From Lama glama (lineage: Eukaryota), in NCBI GenBank assembly GCA_028534125.1, contig CM052817.1, forward strand, positions 62,684,001 to 62,748,000: DNA of 64,000 nt, in the 5' to 3' direction. Of this stretch, positions 63,961 through 64,000 are shown piece after piece. The notes under the pieces are model-generated. The model had not been told where the DNA came from. It ran no database searches and saw only the letters and a program-made list of their open reading frames with translations. Positions within the stretch are counted from its first letter, which is position 1; each line of letters begins with the position of its first letter. Both the position numbers and the translations under genes were made by a program.

Positions 63961-64000
63961 TAAATAAAAATTTCAGTAACATTTTTAATGCTTAAAATAT

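Overview
AT-rich mammalian non-coding DNA (large intron or gene desert). I found no supportable protein-coding exon, functional RNA gene, CRISPR array or prokaryote-type system, and the ORF track is essentially noise or transposon-derived. About half the window is decayed repeats: L1, L2, MIR, MaLR/ERVL/ERV1 LTRs, an ERV-L-type pol remnant with its LTR, and hAT DNA transposons. One tRNA-Ala-derived SINE resembling camelid vic-1, with no Alu, Bov or PRE-type SINEs seen, suggests a camelid genome (inference). The most notable observations are: (1) a ~1.7 kb, MIR-interrupted, highly decayed L1/Tx1-type ORF2 fossil at ~3365-5070 whose motifs resemble fish/amphibian/reptile L1-Tx1 more than mammalian L1; (2) a probable L1 3' transduction bounded by TSDs at 49349-50260; (3) a perfect CTCF core inside an ERV-L integrase fossil; (4) a 500-N gap flanked by an exact 199-bp duplication, probably a false gap; (5) smaller retrotransposition scars (twin-priming inversion, poly(A)-only insertion) and candidate PBX-HOX/E-box enhancers. 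Repeat family names come from recalled consensus sequences matched by eye, not from a database search, and most boundaries are approximate.
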